A DNA stretch of 53,538 nucleotides, counting the filler, from Bipalium vagum (lineage: Eukaryota), in assembly GCA_037834085.1 (NCBI GenBank). It is 3 parts of 3 records of this genome, joined end to end, with 100 filler letters (N's around TTAATTAATTAA, not from the genome) between each part and the next. Parts side by side here need not be neighbours in the genome. Positions count along the whole stretch, not along the records: positions 17,248 to 35,975 come from JBBMKC010021299.1; positions 36,076 to 53,538 come from JBBMKC010064354.1; 1 more part is not named here. One strand, written 5' to 3'. Shown in pieces: positions 24,541 through 37,799 of the stretch (positions are counted from its first letter, which is position 1; each line of letters opens with the position of its first letter). The notes below the pieces were generated by a model. It was not told the origin of the DNA, searched no databases, and saw nothing but the letters and a program-made list of their open reading frames with translations. The position numbers and the translations under genes are program-made.

Positions 24541-26114
24541 TTTATTAAAGAAAGTGTCTTTTAAGAAAGATAACAAAAGAAATGGTTTAGAATGATTTTT
24601 CGTAAAGAAAAACAAACATTGTAAGCTTAAAAATTATCTAAAATATGATGAACATTTTACGTTGATTAATAAGCATTCTTTTCTGAGCCTTAATAAAATT
24701 AATATGAAATAAATAAATAAAATTTCAGATAAATAAAAAATCTGTAATTTGACATTTAATGCGTAATATTTTTGTTATATAATGTAATTTACTATTTTAA
24801 TAATTTTTAACACAATATTATTATTTCCAAAATTAAAATGATGTGTTCATTATTTACTTGTTTTCGAAGTATTAAGCAGCCTTTAATGGATAGAAAAGAT
24901 GTAATGAAGAATGGAGAAGCCACAAAGGATTTGGTTCAGAGCTTGTTAAAATTGACAGTTACAACGAATTTCACTGTAAACAGCAAAATTATTGAGAAAG
25001 CGAGAGATTTATTGCAAAGAAAAACTCTATCAGACTGTTACCTCTCTTTTCAAAGTTTTACAATCATCAGTATAATAACAATTTATTAAATTCCTATTTA
25101 TTAAAACAAATACGTAACCATTAAAATGATTTCATTTATATTTGTACATGCAACGTGCAGATTTTATAGATAAGCTAGTCTGTTAATTTAATCCAGGATT
25201 TTATTAGCATTAACATTTTTATGAAATTATATTACTGATATTTCTTTACAATTAATAAGGAAAATGATAATTTTTAACCAATGTCAATCTTCTGTATTAT
25301 CAGCTCTTTTGTAATTCAAAGATTCAGAATTAATAAATTTTAAGTCATTTGAGATAGTACAAGATCATTGAGACCTAAAATTATGATATATTCACTATTA
25401 TTTCATGACCCTTATTCAGTTAATCTTTTCATTCCATTCACTATTATGTTTTATTAAAGCAAAATCCTAGAGCTACAAATTAATTTCCATTGTTATTTTA
25501 GATAGATGTACAAGCTTTGATATGTGGAAATTATTATATTAAGAAAACGATGATAACTGAAACGGTCGTAAAAAATAAAAAATAAAGAGAAAGTTCTATA
25601 AATAGCACTTAAAATATTTGTGCATACTTTTAGTATATGATATATATATATATATAAACTATCGTAAGAGTTTGATTTTCAATCAGTCATGTGTATTAAC
25701 AAATTTGTGTTCAAAGAAAGATTAATGATTAGTATGGAGGCTCTAATTGTCGAAATAAGTTTATTAATCCTGAAATATCATACTGTCATCAATAGTAGTA
25801 TTGTTTTCAAGGGTAAGTAGAAAGAAAAAAAGTCAATTGGGAGATAACACATAAATGAAATTTTGAACATTCTTATTTAACTATTTCAGTTGATCTAAAA
25901 AGTGAAAAACAGTTTTTTTCATATATCAAATCAACATTATTAAATCGAATATAAGGAGTACAAATAAATAATGCAGATTTCTTTAAAATAGATTTAGTGA
26001 GATATCTAAATATAATTGTGAATTGAAATATAAATCAATTTTTTTGAATAATATCTAATTAATAGGATAATTATTTAGATTTTCTTAATATGTTAATAAA
26101 TTCAAAATTTTTAG

Positions 26115-26380
26115 ATTTTAAATATCAACATTTACGCCAACCAAAGAACACTTGCGAGAAGTTCTCATTCATTACTTCATGATGAACAAAACTGCCCCAG
26201 AAAGCTGCAGGATATTATGCGATGTTTATGGAAGACATGCAGTATCTCGGGACACAGATTAGCGTTGGTTTCATCTCTTCAGCAGTAATGATTTCATTGT
26301 AAAGGAGAAAAAACGCCCAGGTCGTCCTTCCAAATTTGAAAACCACGATTACAAAATTTATTGGATGAAGATGCCTGTCA
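26115..26380 (+). mobile_element. mariner N-terminal relic (Mos1-like HTH)
   Basis: FTPTKEHLREVLIHYF..KTAPESCRIL..VYG..RWF..F..NDF.V....PGRPSKFE. Confidence 0.85.
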
Positions 26381-26703
26381 AATTTCTTGAAACAGAAATA
26401 AATAGTAATCCGATGGATTATATTTTGAGTGCATCGGAACCTCCTATCCAAGTTATTTCAATTTTTGGCGAGTCATTAAAGATGTGTAGTCAGACATTAT
26501 CAGATCCATAAACGACAAATATTTTTTTTATAAAAGACTGGTATTTTTCTTTGTAGGAAATAAAAATTATAACGCATCGAATTTATTCATTATTTTTTAA
26601 GATTTTAAGGATGAAGAAATAATATTAATATAATTTTTAATAATTACCTATTCTACGGATTTCATCTTACTAATAGATTTATTAAACTTGAATTTCAAAG
26701 TTG

Positions 26704-27900
26704 TATCAGGTTGGTAAAAAAATTTTTAACTGAAAAATATATTATTAAAAATCTTAAAATACCGAAAAGGATTTTGGTTAAAATATGATCCATCACAAGC
26801 AACACATTTCTGCCAACATCAAATAAGTTTATTTATTCCAATTAATTAAAACTCCGGTCTTGAGCAATGGATAAATTCATGAAAGGTAAAGTGAACAACA
26901 CTGATGTGGAAAAATTTCTTTTTCAGAAATAGGGAAAGATGATCAAAAATTGATAGTCACTAAACGACAGATCCGATGAGTATGTTGGATGAGGCGGCTT
27001 TCATACCTTAAATCATTTAGCCTCAGATGAGATGATTTTGAAACGTATGGTCGGGCATTGCCATGAAGAATTATAGATTATTCTATTGACTAAACAGAGC
27101 AAAAAGTTTTCAATTTCCGATTCAATTCGTCAACTTAATACTATCTTTCCGATTTCATAGTTTCTTCTTGATTAAAAAAATTGTAGTAAATCAGACCGAA
27201 CTTGGACCACAAAACGGATCCCATGTCTTCTTTTGGTGCATTCTGGGCTTTTAGAACTAATGATGAGTTTCACTAATGTCCCACCATTGTGATGACTAAC
27301 TCATATTTTTTTTATTTTTCTATTTTTTTCCTATTTTCTATTTCTATTTTTTATTGCCGGTCACATTGCGATGAAGAAATTTGTGGTTGATGTTACACAC
27401 CAAAAGCGTAAAACATATTTCGTAGAAATAACTTTTCTGAAAATCATTCAATTACTGAGACATCCATCTATTTAGAAATAATTTTTTTTATCCAGTTGGT
27501 AGAGATGATGTAGAAGTATTCGATGATTGATTCCTTGGTTTTTGGAAAGCTTCCTAAATATTAAATCTACTTTGACAAAAATATTAAATTCATCCTTTTA
27601 CACTTCCAAGTAACGTCCACGACATATCTCTTACAATGCTCTCATTTCCACTTCTAAATGTTTTGAACCAATCTTTAACGGTGCGTTATATACATAATTA
27701 ATGCTTTATTGATTTTAAGAGTTATTGCCGAATTTGAATTCTTTTAATTCAAATGCTTGTAATGAAATTAAAAACTAATAATAATAAAGTAAAATCTTTG
27801 GAAATGTAAATCAATTTCTACGCTTTCAAATGGTATATAAATTAATGAGTTCAAACAAATATGTAAAAATATTTATTTCAAGTTATATCATTTCAACCCT
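26704..27900 (-). mobile_element. Near full-length decayed mariner
   Basis: TIR-like TATCAGGTTGGTAAAAAA; PHPTYSSDLSFSDY and WQKCVACDGSYF; about 1.2 kb span; 5' leader shared with the 45230-45790 copy. Confidence 0.85.
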
Positions 27901-28099
27901 AGGATCATTTGTAAAAGCAACATTGGTAAATGAATATCTTTGAGCTGCTAAGTAAGAAGTTATTGAAGCATAATGATTGTTGTGAAATAAACAATTTTTT
28001 GTCACGATTCGAAGAGGCCTCATTTAAATGAAAAATTAAGTCCATTAAAAATTATCTCTGAGAAAAGCGGAATAAAATAAAAAAAAATTCCCGTCCTTC

Positions 28100-28500
28100 C
28101 TGCTTAATAATGCAGATTTCCAACTATCACGATATTGGTGATTTTGATTATATTATACGTAATTCAACCCCTATTAAGCATTGTGGATCCTTGAATCAAA
28201 GCACAATCTAGAGCATTATTTCATATAAATGCTATCAGTTGTGATATTGAGAAAATTGTTATTATCTATTTACAGACAATTTTCTAATAGACCAAGATCG
28301 AAGGGATTAAATAATTCCATGATATGATTGATTTGATATGGTGAACTGTCAGTTAGTCTATAAGGATCATATTAATCATATAATAAAACGAGTCAAAATT
28401 AAAATAACTAATGAAATGATTGATATGAGATAATCTCTTATAAAGATCAGTCGGACAAATACATTCTTCAGGCTTCTATAAAAAATTGGCAGGAATGTTA
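28100..28500 (+). mobile_element. Possible piggyBac transposase relic
   Basis: Fragments PIK, LWILESK..YFI and YYLFTDNF in the expected order; heavily decayed. Confidence 0.3.
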
Positions 28501-29888
28501 AAATATTTAATGTTAAAATTTTAATATCAAAGTTTAAAGTTTAATTAATGTATATACATATTTATTTTTACTTTTAACATTGATATATTTTCAGTCTTTA
28601 TCAATTTTTATTTCATTTATATAATAATAACTTATATAATTTTTTTTATTTGCCACCAAAGACCCTTATAATTTAATAATAAAGATAATATTAAAAATAA
28701 TAAAACCATAATGAAATGTTGACTAATGTAATTTAATAAAGGAAATATTTTTAATTTATTATTTTGTTTTTATTTATGTTTCTAAATAATAATAATAATT
28801 TTACTTCAAATAAAATTAATCATTGAAAAAATTGCAATCAATTGACACTGTCAAACAAATAATGAAATTCTATTTTCACTGAATTATTTTGTATATTTTT
28901 TATTTTAAGTTTTAATATATTATTTAGTTAAACTTTTATATTTAGAGAATTATTATTTTATATTTTGTTAGTATAAACTATAAGTATTTTAATATATTAA
29001 ATATTTTCGGAATATTACTTTAATTGATAATTTTTATATTTAATTAATTTTTGTTGTATTTATTTGAAAAAAAAGACATTGAAAAAATTACTAAAAATAA
29101 ACAACAAAATGAAAAGAGAAAATAGAGTGTAGAAAGACTTAATTTATTTATAATTAATTATATTATAAATAATAATAACATTTAAAATATTGTGAAATTC
29201 GTTTAATATTTTAGTGTTGAGTTAATTAATTTCAAATTAATTTATTCCTTTTTAATTTAATTTCTTAAAAATTTAAGTAGGACCTATATTTCTTAAAACC
29301 AGATAAATAATATCTTAATAATCTGAAAACATTGGCTTTTCTTATAATATTTTTAGAACTGAAATAAGTTACTATAAATGATTAAAACAAAACTTTATAA
29401 AGGAAATTAAAATTTTATTACGTTGCCTTTGCAATAGTGATTTAAAAAATTTTAATTATAATTTTTATTTTTTATCTTTTCAATTATTCAAATAAACAAA
29501 GTTGAACTTTTTAAATTAAGTCTTGACGACTATTTATTTTAATTTTTAATATACTAAATGAAATTATTAAAATGTTATCAGATTATGATTAATTATTAAT
29601 ATTAATATTATCTTGTTTATAGTGTTTTTCTATTGAAAAGCGACAAAAAATTATCAATTATATAATTTGCTGATTTATATGAAACAATTATATTTTTTAT
29701 TGAATAGATAAAAATAATTATTTTTGAAATTTTTATTTTTACATTTTTTCTTATTTTTTGAAGTTAAAAATAATGATTATGACAACAAAATAGGGTTTAT
29801 GATAAAAGAATTTTTTAAAAGTTTTTAAATATACCAAAATAATGACCTTTTAATTTTCTGCATTTATGTAAAATATTATTTTACATAT

Positions 29889-30335
29889 AACAGGGCATTT
29901 TTACATAATTTTAAAATGTAAAATGAAAAGCCTTTAGATTTTCAAAGCTGCGTGATTGTTGATGCACGTATAGCTGGAGTGCGTAACAGAGGTATCCAAT
30001 GAGTAAGGTTTTCAGGTTTGAGCCTAAGTGTCAAATGTGTTCAAAGTATACATAAAATAAGGAAAGATCTCATCTGCTAAATCAAACACTGGTCGTGACT
30101 GTATGCTAAATAAAAAGATGAGAAAACTTTTAAGCAGCCCTTTTGGAAAAATCATAAAACAATAGCAGCCAAAATGGCCGAAAACTCAACGGACCTCCGA
30201 ATATTTCTGCTTTGTCAAAAACAGATAGACAGAAGCCTCACAATTCCAACACCTATGGTTGCGTTGCCAAACGTAAACCTCTGCATCCTGATCATCATTG
30301 AAAAACGAGAAAACAATGGTGTTCTGAACATATTG
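29889..30335 (+). mobile_element. Tc1-like element 5' half
   Basis: CAG.. terminus; TGR.. and YGCVAKRKPL....K.RKQWC resemble the Tc1 DNA-binding/linker region. Confidence 0.65.
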
Positions 30336-30429
30336 TTAAGTGTATGCAAAAGTTTTAGTCTTTTTTTAACAGAAAAATATTTTAATAAAAGCTACTAATA
30401 AATTTATTTTTACATAACATAAGTACAAA

Positions 30430-31110
30430 AGATCAATCAGAAAAATAAGATCCGTCCTTCTCCATCACTTTTTCCATCTTTCAGGTAAATGGCGAATTCT
30501 CAAACGATAGAATGATCTGGGTTTCAAAGCAATGAAATTATCCAGAAATTCTCGAAAAACTGCTCATCGAAACAGATGGTAATATGTAGAAGCCAAGCTT
30601 GGGAAATAAGAAGAGGGAAATAAGAACTTCCAATCTAATTATGAGATTATCTCTTGCGTAAGCTTTGCCACATGCACTCTGGCATTATCATGCAATAAGA
30701 TAGTCTTATGCGATCCTTGACCTAAAAAAGGTCTTTTTTCTTTCTTTTTCCAGGCAATTGCAACAGCTGTTTATTGTAATGTTCTGAATTAAAAGTTTTG
30801 CCAGTCTGGAGATCATAATAAATTTGACCTCTCATATCCCACCAGACACCAATAAGCTTTTTTGCTGTGTATATTTACTTTTGCGGTTGAAATTGCTGGT
30901 GTACCGAGGTCTACCCATGAATGAATGCGTTTTTGATTATCGTAAGCGATATTTTTCATCTTCAAGGCAAATGTTGTTAAATAACATAAAATGTTGATTT
31001 TTGAGAGTTCATTTGGCACCCATTTTTCAACCTTTTGAATTTTTTATAATTTGTGTAACTGACTGCTAACAGCTGCTTGGTCAACTTCAAGCTATTTAAC
31101 AAGTTCTCCT
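30430..31110 (-). mobile_element. mariner relic interrupted by an RLE retrotransposon
   Basis: KWVPNELS, YDNQKRIHSWVD.G....[28 protein letters not shown]. Confidence 0.9.
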
Positions 31111-31114
31111 TGTG

Positions 31115-32020
31115 TTTGGGCAGAATTCTCACAGAGTAGTTCTTCCAATCTCTCAGGGTGCAATATTCGTGCTTGGGATCACAGCTGAAACCGCCAAGCA
31201 AGTTCAGGTCACTTTGCATCGGCAATTGGCCAGTCAACATTATTGACTACTCAAATTTTCAACGGAAAAATATCAATTGCAAATTGGTATCTTATTCACC
31301 GAGATAGATCTTACTCAATCCATGGCTCAAAATTCCGTTTATGCCGAAGACATTGTCTCATGTTCTTGTAGATTGCATTCCATCCAAAATATTTCAAAAC
31401 TGCCGGCACAATTCAATCCAAGTCTATTTGGCCAAACAAATTTATGAAAATTCAAATGCCAAAGTCTTTATCAATGCTGAAAGTCAATACGTCAATTCAA
31501 CAAAAACATGTTGACCTTCAGATTGAGTTCACGGACCGCAAAATTTTGTATCTTATTGACATCAATACAGAGAAAAATATCTTCTGGAATCACGAAAAGA
31601 ATCTCATCCACTACCAAGATCTTCTTAACCAGACCAAGAAAGCCCTGCCAGATTGGACTCTTCTGTTAGACACGTTCGCAGTCAGCTGTCTTGAATCATG
31701 GCAAAAGCGAAATGAGGAAATTCTGAGAAATCTGCAATTTCCTAAGGAAAAAATATGAAAATTCTGCGTCGCGTCTAATATCAAATAGAGTGCTGCACAG
31801 TAGAAATTTCAGTAAATTTCTAAGAGCTCCACGAAATTGAAGATGAAAATCTCAATGACGACCAAAATCAATACCAGTCTGATGCTGCTGCTGAAAATCT
31901 CGACGACTGAGATGACGACCTGTTCCAAAATGATGAATAAAGAAAGCCATATTAGGCTCACATTTATGTACAAGCGATTACGTTCGTGAAAGAAGACTGT
32001 TGTTTTTTAAATAAAATTTT
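31115..32020 (+). mobile_element. 3' end of a second RLE non-LTR retrotransposon (NeSL-like), decayed
   Basis: CRR..LSHVL.., HNSIQVYLAK, HVDLQI..ILYLIDI..HYQDL, FAVSCLESWQKRNE.ILRNL, then an acidic tail and AATAAA. Confidence 0.75.
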
Positions 32021-33834
32021 GTACGTTCAAATTCCTGTATCTCCGAATAATTTTCAACGAACAATATTAATTTGAATAAATATATTTTTTCAGCTATGAT
32101 ATTAAAATTGATCCATAATCTCATTTGCAACGAATACTAACTTATAAAATATTTATATTTTGTCTTGGTAAGCAAGGGCAAGTTAAATGAATGGCGATGA
32201 ATATTAAATCGAATTTCTTTTTACTCTCACTTGTTTTAATTAATTCCAAAAGGTTTTGTAGCGAAAATCAAATAAATGAAATATAAAATAAATATTTTCA
32301 AAGTTCATTTGGATCATTATGCAGCGAAATAAAAGATCACTTTTCTTTCCATATAAATAATGCAACTTATATTTTTATTTTATTATGACAACGGATTTAT
32401 TTTGAATGATAAATAATTTAAATAGGGCATGAAACTTTATCAACTGATATTTTGCTTATTAATTATTATTTTTGGCAATAACTCAACAGTGAGCACTTTT
32501 TGAACATTAAAATAATAAATCTGTTTCTTTTCTGTTTTTTATCATTTACTTTATTCACTGTGTTTTCATCAGTTTCCAAGAATTTTGTCCCTGATAAGAA
32601 TAGTTTAATTAATTAAAATACGTAATTCTGCAATATCAGTTCTTTAAATAATAATTGTGGAAAATCTACAAAGTTCAACCTGTTAATCCAATATTATTTT
32701 TAATTTTATTCCTTATCCTAAACTAAAGATACTTAAAGTTCAACTCATGTACTTAATCATTAAGAAGTGTTAAGATTTTTATTAAAATTGGCAAAAAATT
32801 TATTTATCAACATAAGATTAACCCAACAATTATTAAAAGTTGGCAGAGATATTTATGAATAAAAATTTATAAGTGAGGATTAAAATAAAAAAATTATTAA
32901 TTTAATGCCTTGTGAAATTTAATTATTTTTTAAAAAAAATTGACCACTTGAATAATTTAGTTGTTTAATCGATCATTATTATAAATTAATCAATAATATA
33001 ATAATTTAATTAATAATTTTAAAAAATCAATTACAAAAATAATTTTCTTCAGAAATTTATTTAAATCCAAAATAATTTAAAAAAAATTACCTAATTAACT
33101 TGATAACCCAAACATTTTCTTGAAATTCATCAGTTTCGAACTGATTTATTTTATTAAATCAATTAAGCAATTTTAACCATTCCAATATAAAACAATAGTT
33201 ATTATATTATTTATATCTTGGAAATAAAATTTTTTTAAAATTAAGTTTAATCTTTAAATGAAAAAAACTTAAAATAAGACTTATTTAAACATTCAATTTT
33301 TTTATCTGTCACAACTTTTATTTATCAAATAAGTTTCATTTTGAAAATTTCCATTAAATATAATATTTAATAAAATTTTAAATAGATATTTATTCTCTAT
33401 TATCCACAATTCTCTGTGTGTGTTTCAATCCGGAAAGTGAATTATTAACATGTTCCAAACAGCTCAGTCTGGAAACCAGAAAGAGAGACATTGGATTTGC
33501 TTTTGGATTTGGCTCCTTAAACGATACACAGAAAATGTGCAGGTACCACGATTTACTTTGAAAAATCGCTTTTAATATTAATTATGTTTCATTTTATACT
33601 AATCAAATTTTTTTCATAAATTTTCATATCATAATATTATCATAATAGATATATAATAGTAATAATTGATAATTTTAATGAAATAAATTAATTATGCATA
33701 ATTAGATAATTAATAAACAAATTTCACCTTTCAAAATTAGATTTAATATTTAATATTTAAAAATCAAAAGAATAATAAAGATATTCAAGATAAATCAAGA
33801 ATTTTTGTACATTAAATTAATCAATGTAAATAGA

Positions 33835-34390
33835 AATATCCAGTGAACATCTTGTTGATTGAGTTTCCAAACAAGCTTTACTCATCTGATAAGAATGTTA
33901 AAAAACTCTATGCTATCATGTCCTATGTCCTTAAGTTTACGGTTTAAATCCTTTCTATCAAAAATTGACATTGTTGGAGGAGTATTGTAGTATATACCCT
34001 ATCCTATTAATTAGACTTTGTTAGGACAGATATCTTTGAACCATCAGCATCAATATTTTTTAAATTGGTTTATAAATTTAGATTCTTTTTTGGTTCATAA
34101 AGCTTATTATAGATTTTTTCTTTTGCATTTAAATTATCTTTGTCATCATCCGCTTTAAACCTGTTAGCGATTTTGTAAACTGTTGTCCTTCTAAAACCAA
34201 ACCAATCAATAATTTATTTCGACCTTTTTCCAGAGAGAAGCAATTCTGAATTCATTTAAAATTATAAAATTTATTTTTCCAATAATTAATATTGTCGATG
34301 ACTTATTTTACTTAAACAAATAAAGGTTAGGTGAATGTTATAATTTAATATATTTGACAATTTTCCAGATTTATCTCTAACACATTGTAG
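33835..34390 (-). mobile_element. Tc1/mariner superfamily relic (maT/DD37D-like)
   Basis: RTTVYKIANRF HTH and ILLSDE..F..NQQD.HW; TIR-like TACAATGTGTTAGAG end. Confidence 0.55.
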
Positions 34391-35827
34391 AAGATTCTTA
34401 AAATATTAGATTAATATATTTTTTTACCTTTTACTAAACATTTTATTTTCAATTAAAGTTTTTAAAAAATTCAGTTAATAATGTATAAATATAGACTATC
34501 ATCAAAGGGAAAAGTTGATTAATTTAATTGAGAGATTTTCATTGGCTAAGGAAAATTTTATTACATTTTCATATATTTTTTAATCTTTTATATTTTATTG
34601 CTTTATTATTATATATATTTTTATTAAAAGTAATTTTTTGAATGTTATATCAAAAATTATAGTTTATGACTATATAAAATATACTTAATTATACCATGGT
34701 ATATCACTAGTGATTTAAAAGCAACTCTGTAAAACAGTCTACTTATTAAGCCCATAAAGCGTAACATTTTAAATGAATCTTCATTATTTAAAATGAAGAT
34801 ATTTTATTATACCAATCTAAATATATATAAATTATTAATAAATTAGGATATAAACATGTCATTTTCATTCTGAAAATTAAATATAGGCGGTAAAATTAAA
34901 TAATTAATTTAAATATATTTAATTAATTATTTATTTTATAATAATTTTGAGATTTAAAAATAATATTTATTTTTCTTAATTTACCGTTAGCACCTTTGTT
35001 CTGTAATACTTATATTTTCATATAAACAAGTTAATTTTATAAAATTCCATATAAAGGTCTAATAATTTTCATTAAAATAAATATATGAATAATTTTGGAA
35101 ATCAGAAAATTGAACTTCTATTACTTTCTATGAATTATTTTGTTAATCTTAAAGAAATGATTTGATCTAAAGAAATACGACTTATGTCTTATGTCTTATA
35201 CAAAACCTTTAATGTGAGACTGTCATCTCCTTTGTGAAACTATTTTATGCTCTAAGTTAGCAAAAGGAAGTACAAAGTTTATTACTGAATATGAATTATT
35301 GTATATGAATATTTTCTTTATTACAGTGATGTAAAAAGAATTAAAATTTTATATTAACTGTCATCTTTTTAAACCTTAAGCCGAATAGATTATTTTGTTG
35401 TAATGTTATCAGTAAACCTTAAGATTTGAAAAGACGGTGAAAAATCGTTAGAAATGGTAATAATTTCGGGTTTTAAACATCAACAACTTGATCGAATCTT
35501 TAGGTATGAAAAAAATTTTCAATATCAATTGAAGAAATTGTATAATTAAAGGACCGAAGACAATTATTAATGAATGAATTTCAAGGGTTTTGTATACGTG
35601 ATTTGTTGTTCTGAATTATTTATTGTTGATATAAAACCAGTTTAAATTCAGCACTTATAACATAAATATATTAATAAGACCAAAACATATCAGATGACAC
35701 TTGCAATCAAACTACAGGGAATATTTATTGTCATTAAATTTAATAATCTCATTGTTGGTATTCTTCCATGAGGAAAATGTGAAGAAACAATTTTTAAAAT
35801 AATTGTGTACTACTGTTTTGCAGGTAA

Positions 35828-35975
35828 TTACAGGGTGCGCCACTTAAATCGGGAAAATTATCAGTAAAACAAAAGCAGAATATATTTTAGTAATGATGAA
35901 GCAAATTATAAAATTTATTTATAGGTTTCAAAATTTACAGGTTTATCTTCAATGTCACTCAATCCATTCTCCTTT
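35828..35975 (-). mobile_element. Tc1/mariner-type terminus cut by the gap
   Basis: TACAGGGTGCGCCACTTAAATCGG TIR-like end next to the spacer. Confidence 0.45.
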
Positions 35976-36075
35976 NNNNNNNNNNNNNNNNNNNNNNNNN
36001 NNNNNNNNNNNNNNNNNNNTTAATTAATTAANNNNNNNNNNNNNNNNNNNNNNNNNNNNNNNNNNNNNNNNNNNN
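35976..36075. other. Artificial assembly spacer N44-TTAATTAATTAA-N44
   Basis: Same 100-bp structure as 17148-17247. Confidence 0.95.
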
Positions 36076-36419
36076 TGTCAGAAGAAATGAAAGATATGCA
36101 AGATGAAATTGATTTAAAAGATTTAGAAATTGATGAGTATCAAAAAATAATTCGAGATAAAAAAATTAATCATGAAGTAAAAGATAAATGTACAAGAAAA
36201 TTTGAATTAAATAAAGATGAAAGAGAAAAAAGACGAAATGAAAAATTAATAAAAAGATTAAGTAATAGAATGAACATGATTCGATAATAGTTTAAAAATG
36301 TTAAAATAAAAAACTAAAAATGGATATCGGTTTTCAAACAATAAATAATAATTTAGAAAAATTGATAAATTACAAAAAAAGTATTAAATTCTAATTTTAT
36401 AAATTTTGTTTTAAAGATT

Positions 36420-37075
36420 ATTTTAATTTTATTTTTGATAGTAATTGTCTTCTTTATTGTAACAAAATGGAAAATCATTTTTTCTAAAAGGATCATGTTT
36501 ATAAATTACGAAATCAAAGCAACAGCTTCGCTATTAAGACCATAAGTTGCTTCTAATTCATATGGTTTGCGTAGTTCTGCTGCTAAACACCTCTAATTCT
36601 TCTTTCAAATATTTCAAACATGTTTTGATCAGAAATTAAATCTAATTCAATAATTGTTATTAATAATCCTAATTGTCAAGTTAGTCCAGGAGTTGAAACA
36701 AAAAGACAAGGAAATAAAATTGATAACTTTCACAATTTTTCAATAATATCAGTTAATAATTTTACATCTTGTTTTAAATATAAAATTGTATAATCCCAAT
36801 GATTTTTACAAAACTTTGAAAAAACAGTTCTATATCTTTCATATTCTTCATCCGAAATATTTGATTTATATAAAATAGAATAAAATGTTTTTTTGGAAAA
36901 ATTTCTGTTCTTTCAAATTTTTCAAAATTAGTAAAATAATCATATGGATAAATTCCTTTTTCTTTTAATAAATTAAAATTAGAAATATCAGAAGATAAAT
37001 CTTTACAAAATGCAGTTAAATATTTTTTATCTTTATCATTTAATGCTTTTGAAGCTCCATCTTTTTTTGTAGCTC
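36420..37075 (-). mobile_element. Polinton/Maverick pPolB fragment, decayed
   Basis: FNLLKEKGIYPYDYF..FEKF, FYSIL..NISDEEY, YLKQDVKLLTDIIE, STPGLT and ELDLISDQNMFEIFERRIRG, across frameshifts. The adjacent K/E-rich ORF 36087-36287 is probably a Polinton accessory gene. Confidence 0.85.
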
Positions 37076-37079
37076 CATC

Positions 37080-37523
37080 TGTTTGAAGCTCCTGGATAAA
37101 TAGGATACCATCATTAATGAAAAAAGAACCAGTTTGCAAGAAAATGATACCATTTTTCATGAAGAAAATTCACGTCCACATACGGCATTAATTACAAGGA
37201 CAAAAATCAATTGCTTAAAATACGAACTTCTTCATTTTCCCCATATTTATCCGATTTAGCTGCCTCTGACTTTTATATGTTCCGAAAGTCGAAAAGTTTT
37301 CTTGGTTGAGAGCACTTTTCACAAGAGGAGTTCCATGAAAGGATATATGATTATTTTGAAAGCCTTGAAGAAAACCACTTTCGATAGGGTATAATGGCCT
37401 CAGAACATCGTTGACAGAAGTGCACTAATCTTAAAGTAGAATATGTTGCAAAATAATGTGATATTTTTAAAATAAAGTTTATTTTTCTTTTTCATTTCGT
37501 GAACTTTTCAAACAGCTCTCGTA
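37080..37523 (+). mobile_element. mariner 3' half, same family as 23131-24010
   Basis: FHEENSRPHT..DLAASDFYMFRK.KSFLG..QKCTNLKVEYV; TIR reverse complement TACGAGAGCTGTTTGAAAAGTTCACG. Confidence 0.9.
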
Positions 37524-37799
37524 TATTATGCTATGTAATCAAAAATTTAAACTCATTGAAAAATTCTACTATGAAATTTGAAAAATCCGCACATTTAAAT
37601 TTAAAATCAAAATTTTTCAATGATATTATAGGGTTTTGTGGTTATCTTTCTTCGCTTTTGGCAAAAATACCCTAAACCAATCAATTGTAATAAGAATTCA
37701 TTCACTTTAATCAATTTAAAATGTCTCTTGATTTAAAAGTAATTTGGTCGTGCTTACTCTATGGGTATTTAATTATTTACAAAAGATTCTCGAAGATTT

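Noticed and set aside
24838-25089. 83-aa ORF
   Set aside because: Only a weak pogo/CENP-B HTH-like echo (IIEKARDL); not supportable as a gene or a confident TE.
33470-33520. RKR-DIGFAFGFG as a neuropeptide (allatostatin-A-like)
   Set aside because: No basic cleavage site after the Gly, no repeats and no clear signal peptide.
36774-37160. 128-aa ORF as a gene
   Set aside because: Antisense mariner sequence read into a frameshifted Polinton pPolB fragment.
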